A stretch of DNA of 63,350 nt, filler included, from Reclinomonas americana ATCC 50394 (GCA_048213135.1; 7 parts of 3 records of this genome joined end to end with filler, not necessarily neighbours in it), one strand, 5' to 3'; positions 11,345 to 23,680 are shown, numbered from the whole stretch's first letter. The notes: a model not told the origin generated them from the sequence alone. Numbers and translations: made by a program.

Positions 11345-12821
11345 TCGTCAGAGTCGGTGCCTGAGCCGCCCGCAAAGTCCTCATCGTCGGACTCGGTGGC
11401 CGCCTCATCCTCCTCCTCTTCGTCGTCGTCCTCGCCAGCGAGTGCGTCCAGCTCCTTTTGGCGCTCGAGTTCCTACAATGGAGGGGAAGGAGAAGGGCAA
11501 GAGAGGTGAGTGAATCAGAAGGGAGATAGGAAACAAGAGAACGGTAAGGAATCAAAAGGCAAAAGAGACAAGGAAACGGAAGAGAAAAAGGTGAATCACT
11601 GGGGAACGATACCGAGAGTGAACGAAGACAAGAGTGGAATGAGAACGCCCCGATAGATGAATGGACAAGAAAACGAAATGGAAGCGAATGGTGACAAGGA
11701 AACGAAGAGTAAGCGAAAGCAAGGGAAACTGAACGGCAAAATACAAGGAAACGTAAAGAGAAAGGGAGGGAATGGCGAACGGACAAGAAACTGGAAAGAG
11801 AAAGGAGACAAGGTTTTCTCGCTTCTCGCTGCTCTCGCTGCTCTCCACATCTCGCTGCTCTCGCTGCTCTCTTCTATCGCTGCTGCTCTCTTCTCTCGCT
11901 GCTGCTCTCTTCTCTCACTGCTGCTCTCTTCTCGAAAGAATGAGACAGGCGAAAGAAGGGCGAACGCGCAAGCAACCAGCTGCAGAAAGCCAATGCGCTA
12001 CAACGAAAAAACAAGGAGAGGCGACTTGTATACAATGAAAGGAAAGAAAGAGAGAATAGAAAAGAAGCATGCAAAACAGAAGGGATGAGTCTCTTCTCTT
12101 TCCCTCGTTGCCTCTCTTCCCCTCCACCCTTTCCCCATTCCCACCCTTTCCCCTTTTCCGACTCACCGACTTGGCCCTCTGCATCTGAATATTCTTCTCC
12201 TTCAGATAGTTGGCCAGCGGCTCATACTCATCCTTCGCCACATTATTGAAGAGGTACGACTCGCCCGTGGTGGTGGTGACGCTAAACTCGAAATGCTTGC
12301 CCGAGCCGGCACCCTCCGTGCGCTTGAACTTGACGGCGCTAATCGCCTCGTGGCGAATAATCAACACCGGCTTGTGCAGGAAGACCACGTTGCGCTCCAG
12401 CGGGAAGAAGGAGCCCTCGTCGGCCTTGTACGAGCAGCGGATGCACGAATGGCCGTCGGCGCTGTGCACAATGTGAGCACCAAGGTTGGAGTGAGGGCAA
12501 GGGCAACTGAGTGAAAGCGTACCTCTTGAAGTGACCCGGGCCAAGAATCTTCTTCTTGGTGAACGCACGCAGTGTCTGGCCGAGAATTTCGTAGAAACGG
12601 CCGCTGATCGTGTGCGACAGACCCATTTCCTTGAGCTTTTCTCTGCAAGAGGGGTGAGTGCAGGAGATGAGAGAGCCTGTCTTCAGTCGCGCACATAAAC
12701 GCAACTCGGGCAGGTGGATGACCAGTGGATCACTCTCGTCAACCACTTCCTCCTTGTCGAGGTTGAACACCAGATTCGGGTACATGGTTTGGCCGAGACG
12801 CACGGCGGGGTCCAGCGAGAC
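11345..12821 (-). CDS. SSRP1: FACT complex subunit SSRP1/Pob3, middle PH (Rtt106-like) domains and start of the acidic region; exons ~12821-12706, 12642-12523, 12461-12167, 11472-11345; 5' exons missing
   Basis: VSLDPAVRLGQTMYPNLVF, KKILGPGHFKS, CIRCSYKADEGSFFPLERNVVFLHKP, FEFSV and YLFNNVAKDEYEPLANYLKEKNI match the SSRP1/Pob3 consensus (LDPPIRQGQTRY; CSYKA..G.LYPLE..F.F..KP; F..I.KEEY..L..F...K). Confidence 0.92.
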
Positions 12822-14271
12822 CTGTGTGGCAAATGGGGGAGAGGGAGAGGGGGAAGGGAAGGGAATGAGGGGAAAGGGAATNNNNNNNNNNNNNNNNNNN
12901 NNNNNNNNNNNNNNNNNNNNNNNNNNNNNNNNNNNNNNNNNNNNNNNNNNNNNNNNNNNNNNNNNNNNNNNNNNNNNNNNNNNNNNNNNNNNNNNNNNNN
13001 NNNNNNNNNNNNNNNNNNNNNNNNNNNNNNNNNNNNNNNNNNNNNNNNNNNNNNNNNNNNNNNNNNNNNNNNNNNNNNNNNNNNNNNNNNNNNNNNNNNN
13101 NNNNNNNNNNNNNNNNNNNNNNNNNNNNNNNNNNNNNNNNNNNNNNNNNNNNNNNNNNNNNNNNNNNNNNNNNNNNNNNNNNNNNNNNNNNNNNNNNNNN
13201 NNNNNNNNNNNNNNNNNNNNNNNNNNNNNNNNNNNNNNNNNNNNNNNNNNNNNNNNNNNNNNNNNNNNNNNNNNNNNNNNNNNNNNNNNNNNNNNNNNNN
13301 NNNNNNNNNNNNNNNNNNNNNNNNNNNNNNNNNNNNNNNNNNNNNNNNNNNNNNNNNNNNNNNNNNNNNNNNNNNNNNNNNNNNNNNNNNNNNNNNNNNN
13401 NNNNNNNNNNNNNNNNNNNNNNNNNNNNNNNNNNNNNNNNNNNNNNNNNNNNNNNNNNNNNNNNNNNNNNNNNNNNNNNNNNNNNNNNNNNNNNNNNNNN
13501 NNNNNNNNNNNNNNNNNNNNNNNNNNNNNNNNNNNNNNNTGGGGGAAGAGAATGGGGGAAGCGAATGCGGGAAGGGAATGGGGGGAGGGAAGCGGGAGGG
13601 AATGGGGGATGGGAATGGGGGAGGGAAAGAGGACGCGAGAGATGAGAATGGTAGTGAACAACAGAAGGAGAATAGAAAGAAAGCGGTGGAAATGCGGGGG
13701 TGGCAGACAGTGCACACGATACGAGGGACAACAAATGTGGGGGTAAGCAGAAAGGGCTCAGAGGGAGCATGAGAACGAACAGCAACTAACAGATCGCATT
13801 CAATGCACAACTGCGAGAAAGCGCTGCAAAGTATACAAATAACGCAGACTTGCAGATCACGGACTTACAGAGAACAAACACACGAGTTGACGCACGGCAA
13901 TCGAGAGTCAACGCACAACGACAAAAGCGAGAGAAATACAGAGAAGATGCAGCGTGAATCAGGCTAACATCTGAGGAGGGACAATCGAGAGTCAACACAC
14001 AACTGCAACGGTGAGAGAAGCACAGGAGATGCAGTTGAAACGAACAAGTATGAGAGGGAGTCAGACAGACAACACAGGAGAGAGAGAGAGAGAGAGAGAG
14101 GAGGAGAGAGAGAGACGTCACACCGACGGAGGAACGTAAAGTAGTAGTACTCTCGTAGGAACGAACCGTCCCCTACCAAACCGTAACCCGTCCCCCTACT
14201 AACGTAACCCGAAACCCAAACCGAAAGNNNNNNNNNNNNNNNNNNNNNNNNNNNNNNNNNNNNNNNNNNNN

Positions 14272-14283
14272 TTAATTAATTAA
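14272..14283. other. Artificial scaffold spacer (six-frame stop TTAATTAATTAA within Ns)
   Basis: An identical 12-mer centred in ~100-nt N blocks occurs at 14272, 21492, 30661, 39356, 53738 and 61133. Confidence 0.97.
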
Positions 14284-14464
14284 NNNNNNNNNNNNNNNNN
14301 NNNNNNNNNNNNNNNNNNNNNNNNNNNTTCCGTCTTCCCCCTTCCGTCTTCCCCCTTTCCGTCATCTTCCCTCTCCCCCCCCCCCTCCCCTGCTTCCCCG
14401 TCCTCCTTCCTTCCTTCCCCTCTCACCCCTTTCCCTCATCCCTTTCCCCCTGTCCCCCTCACAG

Positions 14465-16100
14465 ACGGCTCAACATGCATTCACGTCTGCGCTCGCCTCA
14501 ACGACGTCGACTCACTCCGCACGCTCCTCACCTGCGTGCGCGACGCCGCCAACCGCCACAGCCCGCAGCGCTTCATGCACCTCGTCAACGCCAAGGACTT
14601 CAAGAACGGCAGCACCGCAATGCACTACGCCACCGACTCGGGATACGATCGCATCGTTGCTCTCTTGCTGGAGGTATTTTTGTTACAACCCATCCCCTTC
14701 GCCTCTCCCTTTTCTCACTTTTGTCCAGAATGGCGCCGACCTGTTCGCCCTCAATCGCGCCTCGTGCACACCGCTGGACCTCGCACCCGCCAGTCTGCGA
14801 CGCAAACTCGGCCTCAGCACGAGTCCCACCGCACTACCGGTGACGGTGGCGCTGAGTGCACCCGTGTCGCGCTCCCGTTCTCCGATTCCAATGCGCTCCA
14901 TGACGCCACCGGCACAGGGGGGCGGCTTGCGCGCCGCTCGTTCCGTCTCGCCCTCGTCGCTGGTGTCGCCGTCGTCGTCGCCCGATGAGGGTGGCATGCG
15001 ACTCGCTTTCCAGCAGCAACTGCAGATGCAGCCGCGACACATGGTCCGTCGTGCCGCCTCCGCCACTGCTGCCTCGGCGGCTGCGGCAGCAACGACAGCT
15101 ACAACAGGAGGAGGAAACGGGAGCACCTCGGCCAGCGGCGCCCCCAGTGCACATTTCATGGTGTCGCCAAACTCGGAGCTGCAGGAGAAGCTGCGGCTGG
15201 CGCAAGTGAATGCCGAGTGGGATGCGGCGGTCACCGATCCAGTGTCACGCAGCGTCAGTCGCACGCCGGAGGAGCCGCTGGTGGTGCTGAGTCCCGTCTC
15301 CACACCCTCGCTGTCGCCCCGCTCCGGGCACGGCGGCAGTCAGGACCAGGAGGACTTTGAGCGAGTGCGAGCAGCCATTGATTCGTCGTTCAACAGCATC
15401 GGCTCGGCGAGTCACTTGGTCGGTCGGTCGTTGCACATGACGGTGAGTTGTGGTGGGGGGAAACGGAGATGTGGAGGGGATCAGAGGGCTGACAGCGCAG
15501 CGCAGGACCTCGGCTTTCNNNNNNNNNNNNNNNNNNNNNNNNNNNNNNNNNNNNNNNNNNNNNNNNNNNNNNNNNNNNNNNNNNNNNNNNNNNNNNNNNN
15601 NNNNNNNNNNNNNNNNNNNNNNNNNNNNNNNNNNNNNNNNNNNNNNNNNNNNNNNNNNNNNNNNNNNNNNNNNNNNNNNNNNNNNNNNNNNNNNNNNNNN
15701 NNNNNNNNNNNNNNNNNNNNNNNNNNNNNNNNNNNNNNNNNNNNNNNNNNNNNNNNNNNNNNNNNNNNNNNNNNNNNNNNNNNNNNNNNNNNNNNNNNNN
15801 NNNNNNNNNNNNNNNNNNNNNNNTGGATGGACCGGTGTTGGTGCCTTCCGAGTTTGATTCCGACACGGAGACGCCGTCGGCGCACCAGCAGGAGCTCACG
15901 CCATTTGGTGGAATCGGGAATGGCCTCGGCGTGAATGGTAATGGCGGTGGTGGTGACTCGCTGACCGTGCCGGCGCCGTCCACCGACGCCACAGACAATG
16001 TCTCGTCGGAGATCACGCCGCGGCCGATGGGTGCGCACGAGTCGGCGTTGGAGGCGTTTCGTGCGGAGCGCAGCATGCATATCCTCATGTCGCCGGATGT
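14465..16100 (+). CDS. Ankyrin-repeat protein with long S/P-rich low-complexity region; exons 14465-14673, 14729-15442, 15824-~16098; 5' end missing
   Basis: DGSTCIHVCARLNDVDSLRTLL and VNAKDFKNGSTAMHYATDSGYDRIVALLLE|NGADLFALNRASCTPLDLA are ankyrin repeats, joined by a GT-AG intron at 14674-14728. Confidence 0.85.
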
Positions 16101-17096
16101 TAGTGCCATGTTTCATGATGAGGAGAGACCAGTTGCGCGAGGGAGGGGCAAGGGGGCGAAGGGGNNNNNNNNNNNNNNNNNNNNNNNNNNNNNNNNNNNN
16201 NNNNNAAGGAGGGGAAGGGAAAAGGGGAAGGGAAGGGGGAAGTGAAGGGACGAGTGAGAGGAGGAATCGGGAGGGAAGAGCGGAGAAGAGGAAAGCAATG
16301 AGATTGTGAAAGTTCTCTATCACTCTTGTTGCTCTTCTCTCTCTTTGTCTTGCTTGTTTCTTACCTCTTTTTCTCCTCTCCTTCTCTGATTTCCTCTCTT
16401 CGTCTCTTGATTCCTTCTATCTTTCTCTGTCTTGTCTAACTTTCTTCTCCTGTTATTCTCTCTCTCTCTCTGTTTTCTTTCATCTCTCCCGATCTCTGTA
16501 GAGCTGTCCTTCTTTCTTTCTATCTTTTCGTGTTCCATTCTTCTGTCTTCCCTCATTCTCTCTTCTCTTATTTTCTCTCTTTCTCTCACACACACGCACA
16601 CACACACATACTCGCTCTCTCTCAATCTCGCTTTCTGTTTCTGCCTGACTTTCTTTCCCATTCTGTCTCTCGTTGTGTCTGTGTCTCTCTCTCTCTCCGT
16701 TTTTGATCTGTATCTCTTCTCTCTCTTGTCTTCTTTCGCTCTTTCTGTTTTTTCTGTTTCTCGTCTTCCTCTTGCTGCCTCTCTTCGCTCTCTGTCTTCA
16801 TCTCCTTTTCTCTGCCTCTTTTTGTCTTTCTTGTTTATGTTCTCGTCTGACCTAGTGCAAGAAAACTTGGTGCAGTTGGTACTCGTACGTCACTCTATGA
16901 ATGCTTGATCACACGAAGCTGTGCACCCTTTGAATGACGGCACGAGTGTAGCCTTCCTCGGCTCGCTTTCTCTCTTCTCTCTCGGTCTCTTTTTTTCGCT
17001 GTTTTCTTTCTTTTAGTTCTGTGTGTTTCTCTCTCCCTCCTTTTCTTCTTTTCTCCTTCCTTCTCTCCCTCACCCANNNNNNNNNNNNNNNNNNNN

Positions 17097-17794
17097 GACC
17101 GACACCGGCACCGACGCGTGACCGTCGACCAGCGCTGGCACGACAGACAATTCCTCCTCTCCCCCCACTTCCTCCATCTCCTCTCCCTGCCCCTCTCCGG
17201 TCTCGAGTTCCACTCGTCGATCGGGCGACGTCGGGCTGCTCGCATTGCTGGCGCTGCTCGGCGTTACCACCACTCGCGGGACCGCACTGTGGACCACCGG
17301 TAGCCGCCGCTGATTGAGGGGCGGCGGTGATGGGCCGGCAGTGGCGGTGGAGTGTGCGGTGATCTCGGGTTCGGAGGGGGGTGACATGACGATGATGGCG
17401 TCCTGTGGGTGGGGTGGGNNNNNNNNNNNNNNNNNNNNGGGGTGGGCGCGGATCCCGGACGATCGCCACTGGCCGTCAGCGAGCCGGCGCAGTCGGTGTT
17501 GCATTTCTCCCCTGCGCGGTCAGAGTTGGGTGCGAGCTCGGCGCGCTCGTCGCCATCGCAGTCGACGGCGCCGTCGGTGGCGGTGACAGGTGAGAGGAGG
17601 ATAGGGGAAGGGTGGAAAGGGAGCGGGGAGGGAAGGGAGGAGAGATGCAACGTCTGGGAGGTGGCAGAGTTGAGGGAGAGGAATGTGTGAGATGTCAATC
17701 GAGTGTGTGGATGCATGCAAGTCCAAGAAAGGAAGAAGAGAGAGTTGCTCTGTGGCATTGCGACTGATTTCAGTGTCATTACGATGTCTGTCGA

Positions 17795-17828
<34 letters not shown>

Positions 17829-19054
17829 AAGAGTGAGTGAGTGTGTGTGTATGCGAGGCCAAGAAAGGAGAAGAAAGAGAGATGCTTTGTGGGATTGCAG
17901 TTGTTTCCTGTGTCATTACGATGCCAGCCGAGTATGCGTGTGCATGCATGCGATTCCAAGGAAGGAAGCAGAAAGAGAGTTGCTGTGTGGGATTGCGACT
18001 GCTTCTTTGCGAGACACACGGAAGAGTGTCCACGGGATGACAGAATGAACTCTCTCTCTCTCTCTCCTTCTTTCCTTGCCGCTCTCTCGACTTCGCGTGC
18101 TTGGCACTCACTCTTTCCCCACTCACACAGGCTTGAGTGACTCGGCGGTATTCATGTGGCTCCACCCTGGGTCTCTCTCGCGCGAGAAGAAGCTCGTGCG
18201 CAGTGCCTTCGAGGTGGTCGCGCCGTTGTCGTCCACATCTCGCGTGGTTCTGCGGAATCTGCGAATTGCGCAGACGAGGAGGAGCAGCCGTCGGCCGCTG
18301 TTTTACATGGTGAGTCCGTCTCACGAAGACTCGTGTTTATGTTGTCGTCGTTCCGTGTGTATCCTTCAGGCTCGATTATTGCATTCTGTTTTTTAGTGCT
18401 TTTGTCCGCACCATTCCACTCTCTTGTTACAATCCGTCTTCTTCTCCCTCTGCCCCTCCCCTTATGCTCCTCTCCTTGTGCCCTTTTCTTACACCCTTCC
18501 CCTTGTGTCTCATTCGCCACCGCAGCTATCCCGCACGGAACTCCTGACGTCACCCTCGCTGGACGTGGACATTCTGGAGGGCTCCCGTGTCACCTTCCAC
18601 CTCGACGTGATGGTGTGCGGCACCGCGCCAATCCACGACGTGTTGTGCGAGCTCGTGGTGGAGAAGCGAGCGGGTGAGTGTCGGTTTTGTTCATCGAAGA
18701 GTGGCGCGTTGCTGACACACACGGGCAGACATGTGCACGTCGGCGCGATGGGTGGACCTGGTGCCGCCGTGTGAGAAGACGCTGACGCTTCCCGAGGTTT
18801 GAGTCTGGGAGAGAAGAGAGGCGAATGCTCTCTCTATCTCATCTCATCAATCGTCATCTCGCAGATTACTGTCCCGTCTGGTGTCTTTAGTCGTGGTCAG
18901 CACGTGGCCGTGGTGCGAGTGGTGGATGGCGCTCGCGAGGTGCATTTTGAGACGGAATTAATGCTTGGTACGTGTCCGTCCCATGCTGCGTGGTGCCACT
19001 CGCCTCCACTCACGCATCCCCTCGACAGGAATCAAGAAAAAACTGTCGGGATAA
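17097..19054 (+). CDS. Low-complexity exons followed by a RhoGDI-like Ig-fold domain; exons 17097-17410 (flipped contig), 17439-17589, 18131-18309, 18526-18673, 18729-18796, 18865-18967, 19029-19054; probably the 3' half of the ankyrin gene
   Basis: The spliced product ILEGSRVTFHLDVMV...ELVVEKRA...ITVPSGVFSRGQHVAVVRVVDGAREVHFETELMLGIKKKLSG* resembles the RhoGDI C-terminus (LKEG..Y...F.V; APKGMLARGSY......D....HL.WEW.L.IKK). All introns are phase-compatible. Confidence 0.6.
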
Positions 19055-19169
19055 AAGAGTAAAGAAATTAATGATGCGAGAACAACCAACCATGGTCGTC
19101 TTAGTCTTATGCATACACTGGTGCATGCGTGCTGCCGCGGGTGACGGCAGCAGCGCGACGCACGGAACA

Positions 19170-20703
19170 TTATACAAATGGACTAAAATTGCCGCCCTTG
19201 CGCTCCATCTCGTTGATCTGGTCGCGCAACTTGGAAGTCAGCTGGATGGTCTCCAGCAGCACGGCTCGCAGTTGGTCCTTGGTCTCTTGGCGCAACACGT
19301 GGGGCGCCTGCACGGCGCGTGTGTTGCGTGTGGCCCCACCGGGGGGCAGCCTAGATAAGGGGAAGGGTGGAGTGAGAAACGTGACAGAGATACAGGAGAA
19401 ATGAAAGCAAATGTACTGAGAAAAAGAGAAAGACATGGGGAGAAGTGAAGAGTGAGAAACGGAAGAAGTTGAANNNNNNNNNNNNNNNNNNNNAAAGGGA
19501 AGAGGGAAGGGAACAGAGTTTGAATGGCTCCATGTCTCTATCGTCCTTGCTTTGTCTCACCACCTCTCTCCCTTTCCCATCACAGACCTCATGAAGCTGC
19601 TGAAGAAAGTCAACCGCTCCTACCGGCTGCAGTCGACGACCACAAAAGGGCGTGTCGACATTGACCAGCTGCGCGTGGAGGTGATTGAGGGCGACAAGGT
19701 CGTCAAGGAGCTGTCGATGAACATGTTTGAGCGGGAGTTCCGCTCGCTCAAGGAAAAGGAGCGCGCGAGGTCACGGAAGGCCAAGTTGAGTGGGAAGAGG
19801 GAGAAGAGAAGGGAAGGAAGGAGAAGGCGGTATGAGAGAAGAGCAGAGGTGCGAAATGGAAAGAGAAGGGAGCGCGGTGAGAGAGAGGGTCAGTGTTGAC
19901 GAACCATCTCTTTTCACTGTTTCTTGTCGTTCGTTTCGCTGNNNNNNNNNNNNNNNNNNNNCCCCACCCCCCTTTCCCCCACTCACCATTCGCCTCCTCC
20001 ACCTTCCTCGACGTACTGGCCAGCATCTCCGCCTCCGTGGCATTAATCTCCGCATCCACTCGTTTCCTCTCATCCTCCGCCTTGGAGAACATGCCACGAA
20101 TGCGCTGCGCTGCCTTGGCGGTGCCGGAGGAATCGGGACTGCTCGGCGCGTGCCGGTAGTGTGCTTGCTGCTGGTGGTGATCCATCGAGTCCATGGTGGA
20201 GCCGGTGGCGCCGAGCGAGCCAATCTGATTCGACGGTGCCGAACGCGGTCGACCGCCGCTGGAGGCCGACAGAGGTCGCTGCGAGCCGCCGAGACTCTGC
20301 CGTGACCCGGGCCGGTTCATGCGATGCGGCGGGAGAATCGGCGGTGGGGTGGCCACCACACCGAGACTGCCGCTGCTCTTACGCTTGCCGCCCTGCCCGA
20401 ACTGATTGACCGGCTGCGAGTAGGGCGAGGTGGCGAGCTTGTCGCGCATCGACGGCAGCGTGCCGCTGCCGAGTGGGCCCGATGAGCTGAGGACGGGGTC
20501 GGGGAGGCGCGAGAGCACGCGCAGTTGGTCCATTAGTTCGTTGGCGTAGCGGTCGGCACGCATGCGGAGGGACGAGGAGGAGCCGTTGGTGGCGCCGGTG
20601 GCGGCCAGCGCGGAGGCGTGGAGGCCTTCCTGGGCGTAGTTGTGCATGGTGGTGTGCATGAAGAATTCGTCGTGGGCGGGGCCGGAGGGGGCGTGCCGGG
20701 AGT
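19170..20703 (-). CDS. Uncharacterised coiled-coil protein, 3' exons 20703-19987, 19586-19784 (flipped contig, + strand), ~19350-19170
   Basis: Phases join cleanly as ...KVEEAN|DLMKLLKK...RSRKAK|LPPGG...SPFV*, with high-GC3 coding bias. Confidence 0.7.
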
Positions 20704-20842
20704 CTGATTCGAGGGGAAGGGGGGAAGGGGAACGGGGGGTGAGGAGGAGGGGAAGTTTGGGGGAAGAAAGAAAGGCAATGAACAATGAGTGGGAAGAGGA
20801 GTGAGGATTGGGATGAGAGGGAGGAGAGATGCAAAGGTTGCA

Positions 20843-21370
20843 TGCACATCACAGAGGCGAAATGTGGCACGCAGAACAGGAAAAGCAGAGAGCGGAGAAC
20901 AAGATGAGTGCGGAGGAGGAGAGTCGTAGAACGGAGAATGCAGAGAAGGAGCTTTGGAGAACAGCACCGAAGTGGAATGCACATCACAGAGACTTGACAT
21001 GAATAAAGGGCAAAGAAAGCAGAGATCGCAGAACAAGATGGGTGCGGACGAGGGGAGTCAAGGAACGGAGAATGGAGCACGAGGTGGAATGCATATCACA
21101 GAGGATTTGAATGAAGAATGGCAAAGAAAGCAGAGATCGCAGAACAAGATGGTGCGGACGAGGGGAGTCAAGGAACGGAGAATGCAAAATGGATATGTGA
21201 AGAGCAGCACGAAGTGGAATGCACATCACAGAGAATTGACATAAATAAAGGGCAAAGAAAGCAGAGATCGCAGAACAGGATGCATGCGGAGAGGAGAGTC
21301 GTAGGACGGAGAATGCAACACGGAGCTGTGAACAGCAGCACGAAGTGGAATGCGCATCACAGAGAATTGA
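20843..21370. repeat. Intronic minisatellite, ~4-5 degenerate units of ~110-135 bp
   Basis: Recurring GAATGCACATCACAGAG...AAAGCAGAGATCGCAGAACAAGATG...GGAACGGAGAATG...AGCACGAAGTG. Confidence 0.8.
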
Positions 21371-21384
21371 AATGTCAGGATATA

Positions 21385-21440
<56 letters not shown>

Positions 21441-21547
21441 GAGAGTANNNNNNNNNNNNNNNNNNNNNNNNNNNNNNNNNNNNNNNNNNNNTTAATTAAT
21501 TAANNNNNNNNNNNNNNNNNNNNNNNNNNNNNNNNNNNNNNNNNNNN

Positions 21548-22046
21548 CTATCGAGAGACCACTGATTGTGATTGACGAACGTGGTCACTCTGAGGCATGT
21601 ATCCTGGATGTGTGGTTCTGTGAATCGATGTTAGCTTGCTCACTTTGCGTACTCTGGCAGGAGTCAGCAAAGTTGACGAAATACAGCGATCGAAACGCTC
21701 TTCTGCCATTCATCACGCAGGCCATGCATCTGCTCCACGATTGCCCAGGTCTGCTGGGCACGCTGCTTCGTGACGGGTGCCTTTCGAAGGCGGAGATTGA
21801 GCGTGCTGGTGAGTGCTCCAAATGGAAAGATCTGGAAGCACCTGCTGCTGTTGCGTATCGTGCCACCATCGACTCTGACTCGCATGTTGCAGTGCTGGAT
21901 GACAAGAAGCCAAGGAAGATGGCAGTGGTGAAGAAAAAGGAGGAGGACGAGAAGGAGGAGGAGGAGGAGGAGGAGGAGGAGGAGGAAGAAGAAGAGGAGG
22001 GGAGGAGGAGGAGGAGGAGGAGGAGGAGGAGGAGGAGGATATGTAG
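21548..22046 (+). CDS. Five-module repeat family, copy A (last exons of module 5 only)
   Basis: ERPLIVIDERGHSE | ESAKL...LLPFITQAM...CPGLLGTLLRDGCLSKAEIERA | VLDDKKP...poly-E...DM*. An apparent frameshift lies in the GAG run. Confidence 0.75.
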
Positions 22047-23680
22047 AACAAGCAATTCAAGGTGGCGGTAGAGGAGGAATGGATGTGGAGAGGAAGACAC
22101 TGCCGTGGATGGAAGACGGTATANNNNNNNNNNNNNNNNNNNNNNNNNNNNNNNNNNNNNNNNNNNNNNNNNNNNNNNNNNNNNNNNNNNNNNNNNNNNN
22201 NNNNNNNNNNNNNNNNNNNNNNNNNNNNNNNNNNNNNNNNNNNNNNNNNNNNNNNNNNNNNNNNNNNNNNNNNNNNNNNNNNNNNNNNNNNNNNNNNNNN
22301 NNNNNNNNNNNNNNNNNNNNNNNNNNNNNNNNNNNNNNNNNNNNNNNNNNNNNNNNNNNNNNNNNNNNNNNNNNNNNNNNNNNNNNNNNNNNNNNNNNNN
22401 NNNNNNNNNNNNNNNNNNNNNNNNNNNNNNNNNNNNNNNNNNNNNNNNNNNNNNNNNNNNNNNNNNNNNNNNNNNNNNNNNNNNNNNNNNNNNNNNNNNN
22501 NNNNNNNNNNNNNNNNNNNNNNNNNNNNNNNNNNNNNNNNNNNNGTTGCACCGGTGCGTGGTGAGGGAGTGAGAGTCAGGCAGAAGGGGGAAAGAGAGAG
22601 GGTAGAGATTTCGCTGGGCTAGCAGCACATGCAAGTTGTATGCGAGATCAATAGAGCTTGTCGAAAGAGAAGAAGAAGAAAGCAGATTCGCGAAGCACCA
22701 AGAGGAACACTTCTGAGCAGCAGCCTGGTGCTGTGAGGGCTGGACTTTGCATGTGAGTCGTGTCTTCGTGCACCTGACTTGTTGTTGTCGTAGGAGGAAG
22801 AGCAAGGCGAGGGGAGGAAGATTGGAGCCGGGGACCATCATGCAACTTGCGAGGCGAATGAATGCTGGTGTACGTGGAGCCGCCCGGAGGCATCCATTTG
22901 CTCTCGTGCGTGTTGCTCACTCGCACCTACAACAAACACCAAACGGCTGTCTTGTTCACCCAAGTCCAGCCATATTCGACGACAAGAACACCTGCTTCTT
23001 CTGTGTTCATGGCGGCGACAGAGCAGCACGCTACTGATGCATGATGGCCCACCGCCAGCTGCGAAGACGGGAGTACCCATCGTGTGTTATGTGAAGATGA
23101 CTCATGCACTTGTGCATCGATGTCGTTAACCAGAAGAGAGCGTTGCCTTTGTTGGGTCTGTTGATACTCATGCACCTACACTTGACCACCACCTCAGCGG
23201 GTGCGCTTGGAATGCCGTCTCGATGACGATCAGGGTTGGTGGTTTTCAACGAGTTCGTAACCTTCTCGTTGTGTTTTTTGTCTGCGTCTCTTCCTCGGTG
23301 TCCATCGCCATGATGCAGCTGCTCATGTGCTCTGTTGTACTCTGTGCGGAGTTGTTGTCCATCATCACCTCAGCACCCAGCTTCCCCTGATCCATGTTCT
23401 CGAGCTCTCCAGGATCCGGAGAGAGAGAGATTCAGAACAAAGAGGCATGCATGCTGCTGGTCATGGAGAACAATCGCAGCTGACGATGCACCCAAGGTTG
23501 CCCGGTTCTCTGACACTCCCTCTCTCCTTCCTCCTCCTCCTCCGCACTTCACATCACGACTTGTCATTTTTCATCTTGCTGTTCGGATCAACGAATCTTC
23601 ATTGCTTCTCTTCTCTCTCTTCGTTTCTTGCGTCACGCAGTGTGCGCGTGTGTGCGAAACAACAGCAAAGACACACACGA

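Noticed and set aside
14116-14227. Telomere-like or odd short repeats (CCGTAACCC, AAACCC) at a scaffold end; similar sequence at 63266-63350
   Set aside because: These follow microsatellites at contig ends and show TACG-cycle patterns typical of degraded pyrosequencing reads; there is no regular telomeric unit.
16206-17076. Long L/S/F-rich or R/E/K-rich ORFs (also at 11470-12160, 40700-42460 and 43930-44240)
   Set aside because: Translations of CT/GA low-complexity intronic DNA, not membrane proteins.
22620-23250. Possible small minus-strand multi-exon gene between copies A and B
   Set aside because: Splice-like signals exist, but I could not build a convincing, homology-supported ORF; it remains unresolved.
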